Below, in pieces: positions 1-11,362 of a stretch of DNA of 36,843 nt (positions within the stretch are counted from its first letter, which is position 1; every line of letters starts with the position of its first letter). The notes under the pieces were generated by a model. It did no database searches and had not been told where the DNA came from. It saw only the letters and a program-made list of their open reading frames with translations. The position numbers and the translations under genes were made by a program. The stretch covers positions 1 through 36,843 of the forward strand of contig JBNGIO010001638.1 in assembly GCA_049999805.1 (NCBI GenBank), in the 5' to 3' direction. Origin of the DNA: Folioceros fuciformis (lineage: Eukaryota).

Positions 1-380
1 CTTCCATACCCTCCATCTCCATACCCCCCGCCTCCATACCCACCATCGTTGTCGCCATCCAAGCTTTCGGTTTCGGCGTCACGTCTGCCATGGAGTCCCT
101 TCAATCCTTCATTCCCTTTGTGGTAACCATCACCGTAGCCTCCTCTCTTCCCCTTCCCCCACTGACGACCATAACCTTCATCCCACTTCTTGTTGTGCTC
201 ACCACTATAGCCGTCTCTGTTCCCCTTCTTGTCCTCTCCATCACGGTGGCCGACGTCGCGTTCCGCGTCCTCAGAGTGCACTCGCGCGCCGTCGACCTCC
301 TGGGAACACATCAATGGCAGCAGCAGCAGCAGGGCGAAGAGCAGCGCGCCCACAGCGGGCGTTATCTTTTGGACCGTCAT
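1..380 (-). CDS. Secreted glycine-rich protein, truncated at the window edge
   Basis: The frame is open from ATG 380 to the edge: MTVQKITPAVGALLFALLLLLPLMCSQEVDG (signal peptide), then a charged segment, then GGYGDGY...GGYGGGGYGDGGYG. It is absent from the ORF track because no stop lies in the window. A TATATA element lies at about 536-542. Confidence 0.8.
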   Translation of the reverse strand, partial: MTVQKITPAVGALLFALLLLLPLMCSQEVDGARVHSEDAERDVGHRDGEDKKGNRDGYSGEHNKKWDEGYGRQWGKGKRGGYGDGYHKGNEGLKGLHGRRDAETESLDGDNDGGYGGGGYGDGGYG

Positions 381-1290
381 TGCTAGCAGCGCTGATCGCT
401 TGAACAAAGCAAGATAGATATCTGCAACAACAATGCGCGCCCTGTAACTTGCAGGCAAATGACTCACACACACCAACTGCTACCTGGCCGACCTGGGTGC
501 ATTGTCATGATCTGTGTTCACAAGATCGGCCGGCATATATAATGTCCGGCCGCCGACGTCGAGAGGCGGACGCGCGCGCCCACTGACACGACTGCTGGTT
601 GCTCCAGTGAGCTCCAGTTACAGGTCGATGTGCTCACGTCGATCCCTTCAAGCCTGGCCGTTGGATACATGCAAGACGTGAGCACGATTTCCACGTACTG
701 ATTATTTCGTCAGCGGGGAGGAATGGAAGGATGTGAGGCCCTTCGCCTCCACCTTCCTGGCTCCCGGGCAGCTGCAGTTCGCTTTTGTGCGTCAGTCTGT
801 CTGCTCCCTTTTCCCCAAACATCGGCCGCACCTTATCTTGAGAAAGATGTACGTACAGTACGCGGCCGCAATAGTATCGCTTCTACTTCGCAGAGCTCAG
901 TGACATGTATTCCGGCATTGCATTGCAAGAACAGTAGCAGACATTGCATTGCATGACATTAGAATGGAGCAAAGTCGATGAATGTGAAAAACATTCGATA
1001 GGCGGATGTAACAACTTGGTACCGCAGATCGTTTGCGACCAAGTTCGTCCAGACAGGAAGATTGGGTTAACTGGTTGATGGGTGCACAGAGCTGGCTGAT
1101 GTGACGTGACTCGAGGCGGTGGTGGACTGAGGATCGAGGAAACTAAAGCAACGAGATCAGGTCTGACCTGCAAAGGAGACGACTGTGCACACACCCAGTG
1201 CCATTGCCAGTCCAGTCCAGTCCCAGTCCCAGCTCGAGTCCAAGGCCAAGTCCGGATCCCAGCTGGAGCCATGCGCATGCACACCTCCTG

Positions 1291-2732
1291 ATGCAGCCTG
1301 TGACGGAAGCCACAGATGGCATCCCATGGCCAGCTCCTCCTGAGCCACCGCCCCCTACCCCGGAGGCTCCCACGAGGGCTCCGGAGGTGAACCCACCGCC
1401 GCCGGCCCCCTGCACGCTTCCGCCGGCCTGCGAGAAATGCAAACCTGGTGAAGGCGGCGGGGGTGGAGGAGGAAAAGGCTGCGGCGGCGGCAGCAACTCT
1501 CGAGGAGGAGGTGGAGGCGGCGGGGGTGGTGATGGTAGCAGCCACAAGGAGGGTAGCTACTCGCCAAGCCATTGGATCGCCGTGCTTGATCTATATGCAC
1601 TCACATCGATGAAGGTGCTGGTACAGATCACATATCGCCTTTGCCTGGATGCGGTCGCAAACTACGCACGACGACAGAAGGCTAGGTTTGGCTTGGCACT
1701 GCCGGGGGAGCCGACTAATTCATACTCTTGCTTTCTCTTCTCGTGGTCAGAAACGGAGCTTCCATATCTTTGGCGATGGCGTGCTGTGGCTTCTCTCCAG
1801 TCTCGTCCCCTGTACAGACAAGTTCTCACTTTGCTTTATACATCCACTCGTTTGCTTTTTTGTCTTCTTCATTATCTGTGCTCACGTTTGTTCCTACTCG
1901 GATCGCTTGCTGATTTTGCACTGGGTCATTTCCTCTCTAGCACTTATTTTCAAGCTTTCTGCCATCTCGATCAACTCCAATTAAGCTGATTGCATGAGTC
2001 ACGTTGTTGAGGCTTAGCTTTCCTGATGGGTCGAACCTGGTTTGTTTACATATCGCAGAGTTGCGTGCAGCTACCCTCACTCTGTAGTTGGGAGCTGAGG
2101 AAGAATGCGGACTTGACGACATTCTGGGGAACCGAGGTACACAGGCACGGAACATCGACAACCAGAGAATGGCTGCCAGCTCGAAACAGAGGGGCTCTCC
2201 AGCTGGTGGTGTACTTCTGTGTCAACAACCATTATTCCTCCTTCCTTCCTTCCTCCCTTCTCCTCACGACAAGGATCGTGCTTTGCTTCCTAGGGTTGTA
2301 ACTTCGTCGTCCATGAGATCACATTGAGAACCTCTGCAGAACACTGGGGTTTCCGTGGAATTAGGGCTGGTGTTCGGATTGAATCTGAGCTCCATACCTC
2401 CAGGCTTGACGCGAAGGAGGAGCGAAGGAATTGGCAAGCAGCTTAAGACGGATGGAACTTGCCGACCCTCCGTCATGTCAAGAGAAGCTATGTGGAAAAC
2501 GAAGTTTAGGACGTTGGACGGATTCCACAGCCTGCCGGTGAGCGACGAAAAGTGCTTCCGAAGGTAGGTTGCGATTCAGTCTGCCGCTCAATCTTGTGTT
2601 TCGCTGTCGCTGGCCACGGCCAGCTTGGTTGACGAGCCCGGCAGCGCCGATTCTCAACCACTTGTGTTGTGACCTCCGCGCAGAGATTCCAATTCTGCTA
2701 AGCGCAGGAGACGCCGGGGCGGGCGTGTGTGA
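1291..2732 (+). CDS. Probable 4-exon orphan protein (~218 aa), Pro-rich then Gly-rich, with a basic C-terminus
   Basis: Exons 1291-1620, 2088-2205, 2404-2563 and 2684-2732 join with consistent phases (0, 1, 2) across GT-AG introns. Intron 1 is pyrimidine-rich on the + strand. The product ends in KRRRRRGGRV*. No family recognised. Confidence 0.45.
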
Positions 2733-3088
2733 AGGATCAGAGCAAACAGAATGATCGAATGGCCTTGCATCCTCCTCACAGTGATGCAGCGATCTGAGGG
2801 TTTCCTCGTGAGGGTTTGGCAGGAAGGTCGGGAAGTCGGAGCTAATGTTGTCCAGTTGAGAGATGAAGGATAGGGCACGGCAGGATGTAGGGATGACTTG
2901 TACTGTGTGGAACGAGAAATACAGTACCATGCGGTTTAAAATAATAAAAGCGTTGGAATATTGTTGTGAAAACGGTCAGAAGATATCGAGGCAAGACGCA
3001 GCCAGCCGGCCCCGGGGGGGATCTGGCCTCCACTTCCCGAGGAGGACCCCAGGCGCTACACAGTCTGAGTGTGAGTGGCCAGCGGTGA

Positions 3089-3242
3089 GTACGGCAGGTG
3101 CGGACACGGGCAGGTGAGGTACGGACGTACCGCCACGTCCTTTCGAGTACGCCTGTACCCGGAGCTAGTTAGGGATGTAGCCTAGGCAGGTAGCATCAAC
3201 TTGCCGGGGGAGGTACAACTGGGCCGTACCTTTCGTCTGTAC
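3089..3242. promoter_or_regulatory. Cluster of 8 GTAC motifs upstream of the F-box gene
   Basis: GTAC occurs at 3089, 3119, 3127, 3147, 3155, 3213, 3226 and 3239. GTAC is the core bound by SBP/SPL proteins. Confidence 0.4.
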
Positions 3243-3625
3243 GACCTTGAACACAAATCCCCCCGGGATGAGTGCCCCTTTTCCTGTTTCCGGTTGCCGC
3301 CTTCCCGGAACAGCTCCTTGTGCGCTCCCTCCCTCCCGGCCTTCCTCGCAAGACGTCTCCACGAGGAAACGCATTGTCCCGCGTGGCCTCCACGCTCCCG
3401 CCTTCCAAGCCTTTTAGGCGGCTTCGCATCCCTACGCTCCTGCCATGACCTGCTCTGCTCTGCTCTTCTCGCTTCTCCTGCTGCCGTGCCGCTCTCCTCG
3501 TGCTGCTCGCGCTCCGTTAGGTGAGCGGGAATCGGAGGCGGCTGGGGGATTGTGATGGGGATGGAAGGCGGGGTAGAGGAGGAGCGGAAGGGAGGCTCGC
3601 ATTTGGAGCTTCTCGAGGGCGGGGT

Positions 3626-3673
3626 TTGGAGTGAAGTGAGTGGAGGTGAAGTGAAGTGAGCAGAGTGGAGTGA
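3626..3673 (+). repeat. Degenerate GAGTG/GAAGT pentamer repeat just before the F-box start codon
   Basis: The tract reads ggagtgaagtgagtggaggtgaagtgaagtgagcagagtggagtga. A similar GGAGT run lies at 4350-4381 in intron 1. Confidence 0.6.
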
Positions 3674-3676
3674 GCC

Positions 3677-6232
3677 ATGGCGGCGAAGCGGGGGAGGCGG
3701 GAGGCCAAGGCACCGGAATTGGACCATAGTCTGTGGCTGTCTGTGCTGGAGAAGTTGCCGGATCGGGGGGACCGGCAGGCGTGGAGTCTGGTGTGTAGGT
3801 GGTTTCGGGATCTGGAGGCCAGCGTGCGGAGGAGAGTGCAGCTGCTGCGGGTGGACAGGCTCGCCGGTGTGCTTGTAAGGTACCCCTTTTTGGAGGAGCT
3901 GGATCTGTCCTACTGCCGCCAGGTGACGGACGGGAGTCTCGGAGTGGTGGCTAAGTACGCTGGCCCGAGGTTGCGCAGCTTGAAGCTGGTGAAGGTGGGA
4001 GGGTTTACGGCGGCGGGATTGGAGGCCGTTGCCACGGGATGCCGGGGCCTGCAGGCTGTGGATCTCAGCAAGTGTGCGCAGCTCACGGATGCTGGTGTCA
4101 CTTCCTTGGCCGCGCTGCCCAGGCTGCTGTCTCTTACCTTGCTTAACTGCCGGCTCGTCACGGATGCTGCGCTTTGCGCCTTGGCGGCCCGGTGTGAGGG
4201 CATCAGAGTGCTGGTCCTCAAGTGGTGCATCGGGATTTCGGATGCCGGAGTTGTGGTGCTGGCGTCCGCTTGCCGGAAGTTGCATACTTTGGATCTTTCT
4301 TGCACCGAGGTGCGCCTTCTGCCACGGCTTGTGGTGTTTTTACTCGCGTGGAGTGGAGCGGAATGGAGTGGAGTGGAGTGACGTGAGTTGCAGGGGCTCC
4401 TCGCCACTGACTTCATGTAGTTCGTTTGGTGCAGATAACTAATGTGTCTCTGCGCCAAATATCGACTTTGAGGGAGCTTGTGATCTTGAATCTCGTGAGG
4501 TGTGACAACGTGGACGATGTCGGCTTGGCCCTCTTGAGAGACGGATGCAAGTCCTTGAAGGTATGCGACCTTCCTTCACTTGTTCTGTGTTGAACCGGGG
4601 TGATATTCCCTCACTCATCCTTTGCTCCTTACTCGTCGGTGCAGAAGCTTGACATCTCCAGATGCCCTCTCCTGACCAAGTGGGGCGTCATATCCTTCGC
4701 GGATGGCACCAAGTCTCTGCAACAGCTCACTCTCTCCTATTTTATGCAGGTAGGTGTCGGCTTCTCGCTTCCAGCATGCGGAGGAAGGTGATGTTCTTCT
4801 CTCACTTTCTGACAATGTCCACCGGTGGATGTTCAGGCTTCTCCGGAACTTCTGGCCAGCTTTCAGAAACTCTCAACCCTTCAAGTCATAAACCTTGAGG
4901 GCTGTCACGTCACACAAGGAGGGCTAGCATCTATCGGACGAGGGTGTAAAGGACTCAAGGAACTCATCTTAAGCAAGTGCACCGGCGTCACAGACGCTGG
5001 CATCCATGCACTTGTTTCCAGTTGTCCTGGTCTCGAGAGGCTTGATCTGACATGTTGCGGGGAGATCACGGACCTGGCTCTCTCCTCTATCTCTGCATCT
5101 TGTAAGCGCCTGCTCAGCCTCAAAATCGAGTATTGCAGCCTCGTCACCGATAAGGGCATATCCTTGCTGGGCCAAGGTTGCCCCTTGCTGGAAGAATTGG
5201 ACTTGACGGATACCAGAATACACGATGAAGGTTTGCTTTCATCCAACGTTTCTTTTTCCTCTTGTGTCCGAAGCTCCTGTGAAATGTTCAAAATCCCTAT
5301 CTTTTGCCAGCGTCCTCCCAAAAGTAACATCACTGTATTCCTCAGGTATCATGTCTGTGGCGGAATGCAAGTCGCTACGCCTTCTAAAAGTAGGCATTTG
5401 CATGAACATCACCGATGTGGGGATCAGTCACCTGGGCTCAAGATGTTGGTCCACAATCAGAGAAATTGACCTGTACAGGTAAGACTAGTCACATGGTTGT
5501 TGGTAAAGTCATCCGCAAAGATTTGAGCTTAAGAATGTTAGCCTGATCAAAGTCTGTGGTATGTCCACAGGTCTACCGGAGTTGGAGATGTTGGTGTGGA
5601 GGCGATGGCCAACCGCTGTCCGAGGTTGAGAGTTGCCAATCTCTCCTACTGTACTCGGATAACGGATGTTGCAATGCAGTCCCTTTCTAAGCTCGCAGAT
5701 CTCCAACAACTAGAGATGCGGGGCTGTGAGCTGGTCTCGTCTGCTGGACTGGCCTTCCTGGCAGCCGGATGTCAACAAATGGTGGAGTTAGACATCAAGC
5801 ACTGTAAAGGCATTGGTGATGAAGGCATCTTCGCTCTCGTCAAAGGGTGTACACAATTGAGACAGGTCATCTTCTTTACAACATCCATTCCCACCCGTCC
5901 GTATGTCACTTGGTTCTTGACAGTCCAACGGGGTCTGACACGTCGTCAACTTCCTTGTGCTTTTGCAGATCAACATCTCATATTGTTCAAGTATAAAAAA
6001 CCTGGGGCTTTTGGCCTTGGCTAATCTTAACTGCGTCCTAGACGTCAAGATGGTCCACCTGAGAAGCGTCACAGAGGACTGTTATGAGAAGGTACTACTT
6101 GCCTTTCGCACCGTTAAGAAGGTGAAGCTGCTTGTAGGTCTGCAACGAGTGATTCCACCAGACGTGATTGCATTTGCTGAAGGTCGAGGCTGCCGATTTC
6201 GGTGGATGGACAAACCACCGCCGCTCTCGTGA
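3677..6232 (+). CDS. F-box/LRR-repeat protein (FBL3-like)
   Basis: N-terminal F-box-like segment (DRQAWSLVCRWF), then many Cys-containing LRRs (LDLSYCRQVTDGSL, LDLTCCGEITD). Exons are about 3677-4309, 4435-4560, 4645-4749, 4837-5230, 5346-5478, 5571-5865 and 5969-6232, all GT-AG and in phase. Confidence 0.93.
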
Positions 6233-6808
6233 ACCTGTCTTTTAACCTGAAATCCTGATACCAGAAAAGTCTGGGATCCTGGATTTCCGTGACCAGTGTA
6301 GGATGAACGTTAAGTTGTACATACTATTTTCTGTTCCGTAGGCCTATCATGAACACGCATCTGACGCTGGATGACAACCCGAGGCCGGTAACTCACAGTG
6401 CGTTGTCCTCTCAGCGAGTGTAGTATGACACGTAACGTCACTTTCCGTCCAAGCAGTACGAGGTTTCAAGAGTTGGGTGGATTCCAGAGCTGGATAGACT
6501 CCCGAGGGCTCCGACACTTCTGGTGTTCGCAGAATTCCAGCCACGGCAAATGAGGCTGCCGTGTCAGCTACTCCATAAATAGGGATTGTGCTTGTCAACT
6601 GACATCGGCAACGGCCCTGCCACCGAAATGCTTAATTTCCCAAAACTCCGCCCAAGATGCGGAATCCTCGTCCACTTGGGCTCGTAATTTAATGAAGGAG
6701 GTACAACTTGAATTAATAAGTTTTTATTACAACGAGCAACTGTACAAAGCGAGCAATGCGAAGGAAGGATACTTGAAGGATCCTCACCTAAAATCAAGGA
6801 TGTTACCC

Positions 6809-8505
6809 TTACTTCTTACCAACAGCCTCCCTCCAGGCATTCAAAACATGGAATATGATGTCCGCCACTCCAACTCCATGTTTCACCTGTTACGGAAGGC
6901 ACGTCTAACAAACTCAACAGACCGCAAAACAAGACGAGAGCGGACAACTGTACAACAAACCAACCTGCTACAGAGGCAGATGGGAAACGCACCTGGGCAA
7001 ACACAAAGGGTCCTTCATCACGCATGCGCAAAGCATCCCGCTCCATCACCTTCAAATCTGCTCCAACAGCTTCAGCCAGATCTGTCTTGTTGATGACCTG
7101 TGTACGTGCAAGAAGGAACGGAACTGTTTGAAATATGCTACAGATAAAGCACCCAAATCCACAGTCCATCCATCATGCAGCTAAGAGATGCGCAAAACCT
7201 CACATGTCACACAACTTACCAGAAGATCTGCTTGCGTGATGCCTGGCCCGCCCTTACGAGGTATCTTGTCGCCTCCCGCCACGTCAATGATGTATATGAT
7301 GTAGTCAGCAAGCTCCCTGCTAAAATTCGCTGCAAGGTTGTCTGTGAAGCAAGGAATGTCATTCTCCCAGTGGTGGCTCCTTATCCTTCGGCTTGGAAGC
7401 AAGAGGACATGAGCAGGAACGAAGACCTCATTCGATCCACTTACCACCACCGGACTCACAAAGGAGAATGTCTGCAGCAAAACTATGGGTCAAGTCTTCT
7501 AGTGGCCCTAAATTTATGCTGATATCCTCCCTGATAGCAGCATGAGGGCACCCCCCTGTCTCTACAGCTCTGATCCGTTCAGGAGGGAGGGCACCATGTT
7601 TCACAAGAAACTCTGCATCTTCCTGAGTGAAAATATCGTTGGTGACCTGTAACCACACATCACGTGATCAGCATAGTACCTCAGTTTGCTCCAATCCTCA
7701 TGTCTTCTACTACGTGGTCTCAAATGCTTTGCAGCCATAACTCATCGACGTGTCGAAGTATCTACTCACAGCAGCTATGCTGTATTTATCCCGAAGTTGT
7801 ACGCACAGTGCATGCATAAGAGCTGTCTTCCTGCATCGCCACCAACAACGGGGCCACTCAAACTCCATGCCGGAATTACGAAACCACAGGCACGAAAGCA
7901 CACAAGACCATAGCAGGGAGTGAAAGAAAAGCCAACCCTGTGCCCACGGGGCCACCGATTCCAACGGTGAAAGCTCGATCCGCAAAGTCCCGTGCCAGAG
8001 GCTTTGCACGTCGAAGGAAGAAGCCTGGAGAGTAAATTGGATCATGGGTGTGAGGAGCCAGCCCATCATGGGAGTGGTAAAGTTTCCCATCGTTCGTAAA
8101 ACTGCATTGCAGACATGAGGGAAATTTGAGGAGCTCATAGATTCCCCTGGAACAGCTACAAAGGGGATCAAGGAAAGGAAGCCAAGGTAACACTAGTATT
8201 CAATTTCAGTGGAGACCTCCCAAAAAGCTGCTCTTTACACAAAAGGTCAGTTCCCGCAGGCAAGATACACAGCATGTCAGAGGATTTGAAAGAGACAGGG
8301 GCGTCAGAGTCGATGAAACCCAAGAGACTCACCTCACGTCTGAGTGCGTATGCCCATCCGGGTGATGATGGCCATGTGAGTGGTGGTCATCGTGCGAGTG
8401 CTCACCGTGGTCATGAGCATGGGAGTGGTGAGCATCCTGATGCGGATCCTGTGGGGCATCCCCTTGCTCAGCCGGGTTCTCCTCCAAGTGCGCACTGGCG
8501 TCCAT
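6809..8505 (-). CDS. ureG: Urease accessory protein G (Ni-chaperone GTPase)
   Basis: His-rich N-terminus, [10 protein letters not shown]-loop [50 protein letters not shown] and NKTD. Exons: 8505-8333, 8101-7937, 7830-7770, 7646-7445, 7341-7220, 7097-6993 and 6886-6809. Confidence 0.97.
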
Positions 8506-8857
8506 GATTATCCGCCAAGAAGTTTTCAAGCAGCGACTCAGCAGAATGGAAGCACATGCGGACCAGACGCCCTACTTGCAGCACGGGTTCCTCGGAGCTC
8601 AAGCCTTGCAAAATTAGAAACCCAACTTCTGTTTGCCCCATCTGCTGCCTCGTAGTAAGCGCTTTCCACGGGCCTGTTTTGAAGCTTAACGTCACAGCCT
8701 CGGACCTTCCGATTCCCACAACTGCTCAGGGCCGACTAAATGGTGCTTTCAGCTCATGAGAGAAGGCCTCAGGCGATTCGGCTGAAGAAGAGGATGTACG
8801 GCTGATGGGCGAGTCTCACTGATCAGCATTCTAAGTTTTGCTATCTTGTCAGGCTCT

Positions 8858-10070
8858 ATGGGGTGGGCTATAGCCCTGCATGGTGGCGCGGGTGATATTG
8901 AGAGAACAGAGAGAGTGGAGCAAGCAGAAAAGGCCTTGCAAGAGTTCTTACAACTAGGGGTCTCCCTCCTGAAGGACGATACAGGGAAGTCCGCTCTGGA
9001 CGTCGTGGAGATTGTGGTACGTACCAGGCACCTATTGCTCGATCCTGGGCATGTGCACTGTCGAATGCAACCATGCATTGACAGGCAACGTTGAAATGGC
9101 ATGCGTTGGCTCGTCCGGCAGGTTCGAGAGCTGGAGAATTGCCCGCTTTTCAATGCAGGGAAGGGTTCAGTCCTGACCAACAAGGGTACAGTGGAGATGG
9201 AGGCCTCCATCATGGACGGAGCCACTGGTAACTGTGGGGCAGTGTCAGGGCTGATCACCGTGGTAAACCCCATCTCCCTTGCCCGACTGGTGATGGAAAG
9301 GACTCCCCACATCTACCTGGCCTTTGCTGGAGCTGAGGAATTCGCTCAAAAGCAGGTGAGGCATACACTTTCGGTGTCCATGTCAAGGTTGGTAGGGCAG
9401 TGATTCATAAAAAAACCCTCGGTCTGAAGCCTTCACATCTTGTTCACTCAGGGAGTGGAAACCCGAGCCCCAAGCTACTTCATAACAGAGCGCAACATAG
9501 AGAGGTTGAAAAACGCCCAAACTGCGCATGCTGTACAGGTTTTCCATACTTCTACCTTTGTGCTCATGCAGCTGCTGTGAAGCACATTTGCCTCACTGTG
9601 CTCTGCCTGTGCAGCTGGACTACTCTGCCCGTCCCTCCTCCGACGTTCTGGCCGAGGGCTCTCAGAGCCAGTTGGAGACTGTCGGGTGTGTTGCTGTCGA
9701 TAAGCTTGGGAACTGCGCTGCCGCAACCTCCACAGGAGGCCTTGTGAACAAAATGGTGGGAAGGATCGGGGATACTCCTCTTCCGGGTTGCGGAAACTAT
9801 GCGGATTCCAAGTGTGCTATTTCTGCAACAGGACAAGGAGAGGCTATCATCAGATGCACTGTTGGTCGGACTGTTGCAGCTCTCGTCGAATACAAAGGCT
9901 TGTCCCTCCAGGAGGCAGCAGATCAGGTTGTTGGCAAGCTCGGCGAGGGGAATGGAGGACTGATCGCCGTCACCAATCAGGGAGACCTCGCCCTTGCTTT
10001 CAACTCCAGGGGGATGTTCAGAGCCTATGCCAGCAGTAAGGATCCCAAACTCAGGGTTGCTACGTGGTAA
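8858..10070 (+). CDS. Plant-type L-asparaginase / isoaspartyl peptidase (Ntn hydrolase)
   Basis: [31 protein letters not shown], catalytic [14 protein letters not shown] and GRIGDTP. Exons: 8858-9016, 9122-9355, 9452-9538 and 9615-10070. Confidence 0.97.
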
Positions 10071-10584
10071 TCGAAGCTTGGGAACCGGACTCATTACACT
10101 CATGGCAACAACGTATGGACGATTGTTTTCACATCCGAGAAGATAGAACGAGGTCTTCTTGAGAGGAGACGAAGTGACGCCCCTATGGAGACAAACAGAA
10201 CACGGTTACCAACAGAATACGTCTTCGTTGTTTGACGGCATACAAAACATAACGGCATGCCTGCTGACCAGCAAGCAGCTACACATGAAGAACAAGTGAT
10301 TCCTCGATTCTGCAATCTGCACGCGATCTGATGTACAATTGATGAGCAAGCTAGGAAATGGCTCCGCTACATAAGCACCAAGCTATCAAGGACAAGAACG
10401 TAACAGACTGTGACTGGAACGAGTTACTTCCAAGTTCCTTCCCAGATTGCATCTCATGGACTCAGTTGCCATTGTCCATCCGTAGCGAGGTGCAGATAGA
10501 GATTCTCATTACACTCACGGCACTCATGGCCGTTGTTAAGCATATCGGAACATCTGTCTCTGTAGAAACGCACTGACCAAATTG

Positions 10585-10995
10585 TTATTCCGTTCCCAAT
10601 GCTGTTGCCCGCAAACTGTGGACTCTTGACCTGCACAATCGTCCGCGAATTCGGCAAGTTAGCAGCTCGCTTCTCGTTCGCTGCAGGTCGCCTCGCAACT
10701 GCACCACGTTGAGCTGCAAAGCCTCCAGCTCCTCCTTCAGCTCAGCGTACTCGACCATAGCTTGATGATCCAGTGCAGCTGTAGCCAAATTGCTCCTGCT
10801 TTCCCCGCCCTGAAGCTGGAGTCTAGATTCGAGATGCCGGTGCTCGGCACAAGTCTTTTCGAGCTCCTTGACAAGGGAGAGGCAGCGGAGAGCCAGCACA
10901 TTGGTTCCCAACGCCAAGAAAATGATGAGAACCTTCACAATGCTCCATGCCCGCTCGTTCTGGTTCTCGTCTCCTTCATCAAGTTTCGACTCCAT
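10585..10995 (-). CDS. Hypothetical 136-aa protein with a single TM segment and a coiled coil
   Basis: Intronless ORF from ATG 10995. Acidic head, hydrophobic WSIVKVLIIFLALGTNVLAL, then heptad-like YAELKEELEALQLNVVQLRGDLQRTRSEL. Confidence 0.55.
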   Translation of the reverse strand: MESKLDEGDENQNERAWSIVKVLIIFLALGTNVLALRCLSLVKELEKTCAEHRHLESRLQLQGGESRSNLATAALDHQAMVEYAELKEELEALQLNVVQLRGDLQRTRSELLTCRIRGRLCRSRVHSLRATALGTE

Positions 10996-11362
10996 CACTC
11001 GCTGGGCACCGCAGTGTGCAATCGCGCGCAGGCAACATGTGACGTCTGACGGAGCCACGAAGGAGCTACTCCTTCGAGACTAGAAACGAATTCCGCAAGC
11101 AGTCCAAAGTCATACACGAGAGAGGAAACCACGAATCAACTCAACGTCAGCGAATAATGAAGCTGCTTCCAGACAAAAACACTCGTTGGGCCATGTCAAG
11201 AACGCCGGTATGCAAAGCCCAATGAATGTACGACGGGCAAACTGTTGAGCGTAGATAAGTATACGAAAATAAACGTCAAAAATGTCCCTCATTGTAAGCC
11301 TTGAGGGTTTGCCGTTTCTTGGCCTTGAGAATCTGTCCTTGGCAGCAAGGAGAGCACACTTC

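Noticed and set aside
883-1572. Minus-strand ORFs of 229 and 134 aa
   Set aside because: They are GC-rich, low-complexity frames opposite the + strand model, which has better splice support. They are not fully excluded, because a GT-AG pair exists at 1284-1168.
1600-3080. Copper-miRNA precursor near the GTAC cluster
   Set aside because: No miR408-like mature sequence or long hairpin was found by eye.
3182-4458. Long minus-strand ORFs of 367 and 182 aa
   Set aside because: They are antisense shadows of the F-box/LRR exon 1.
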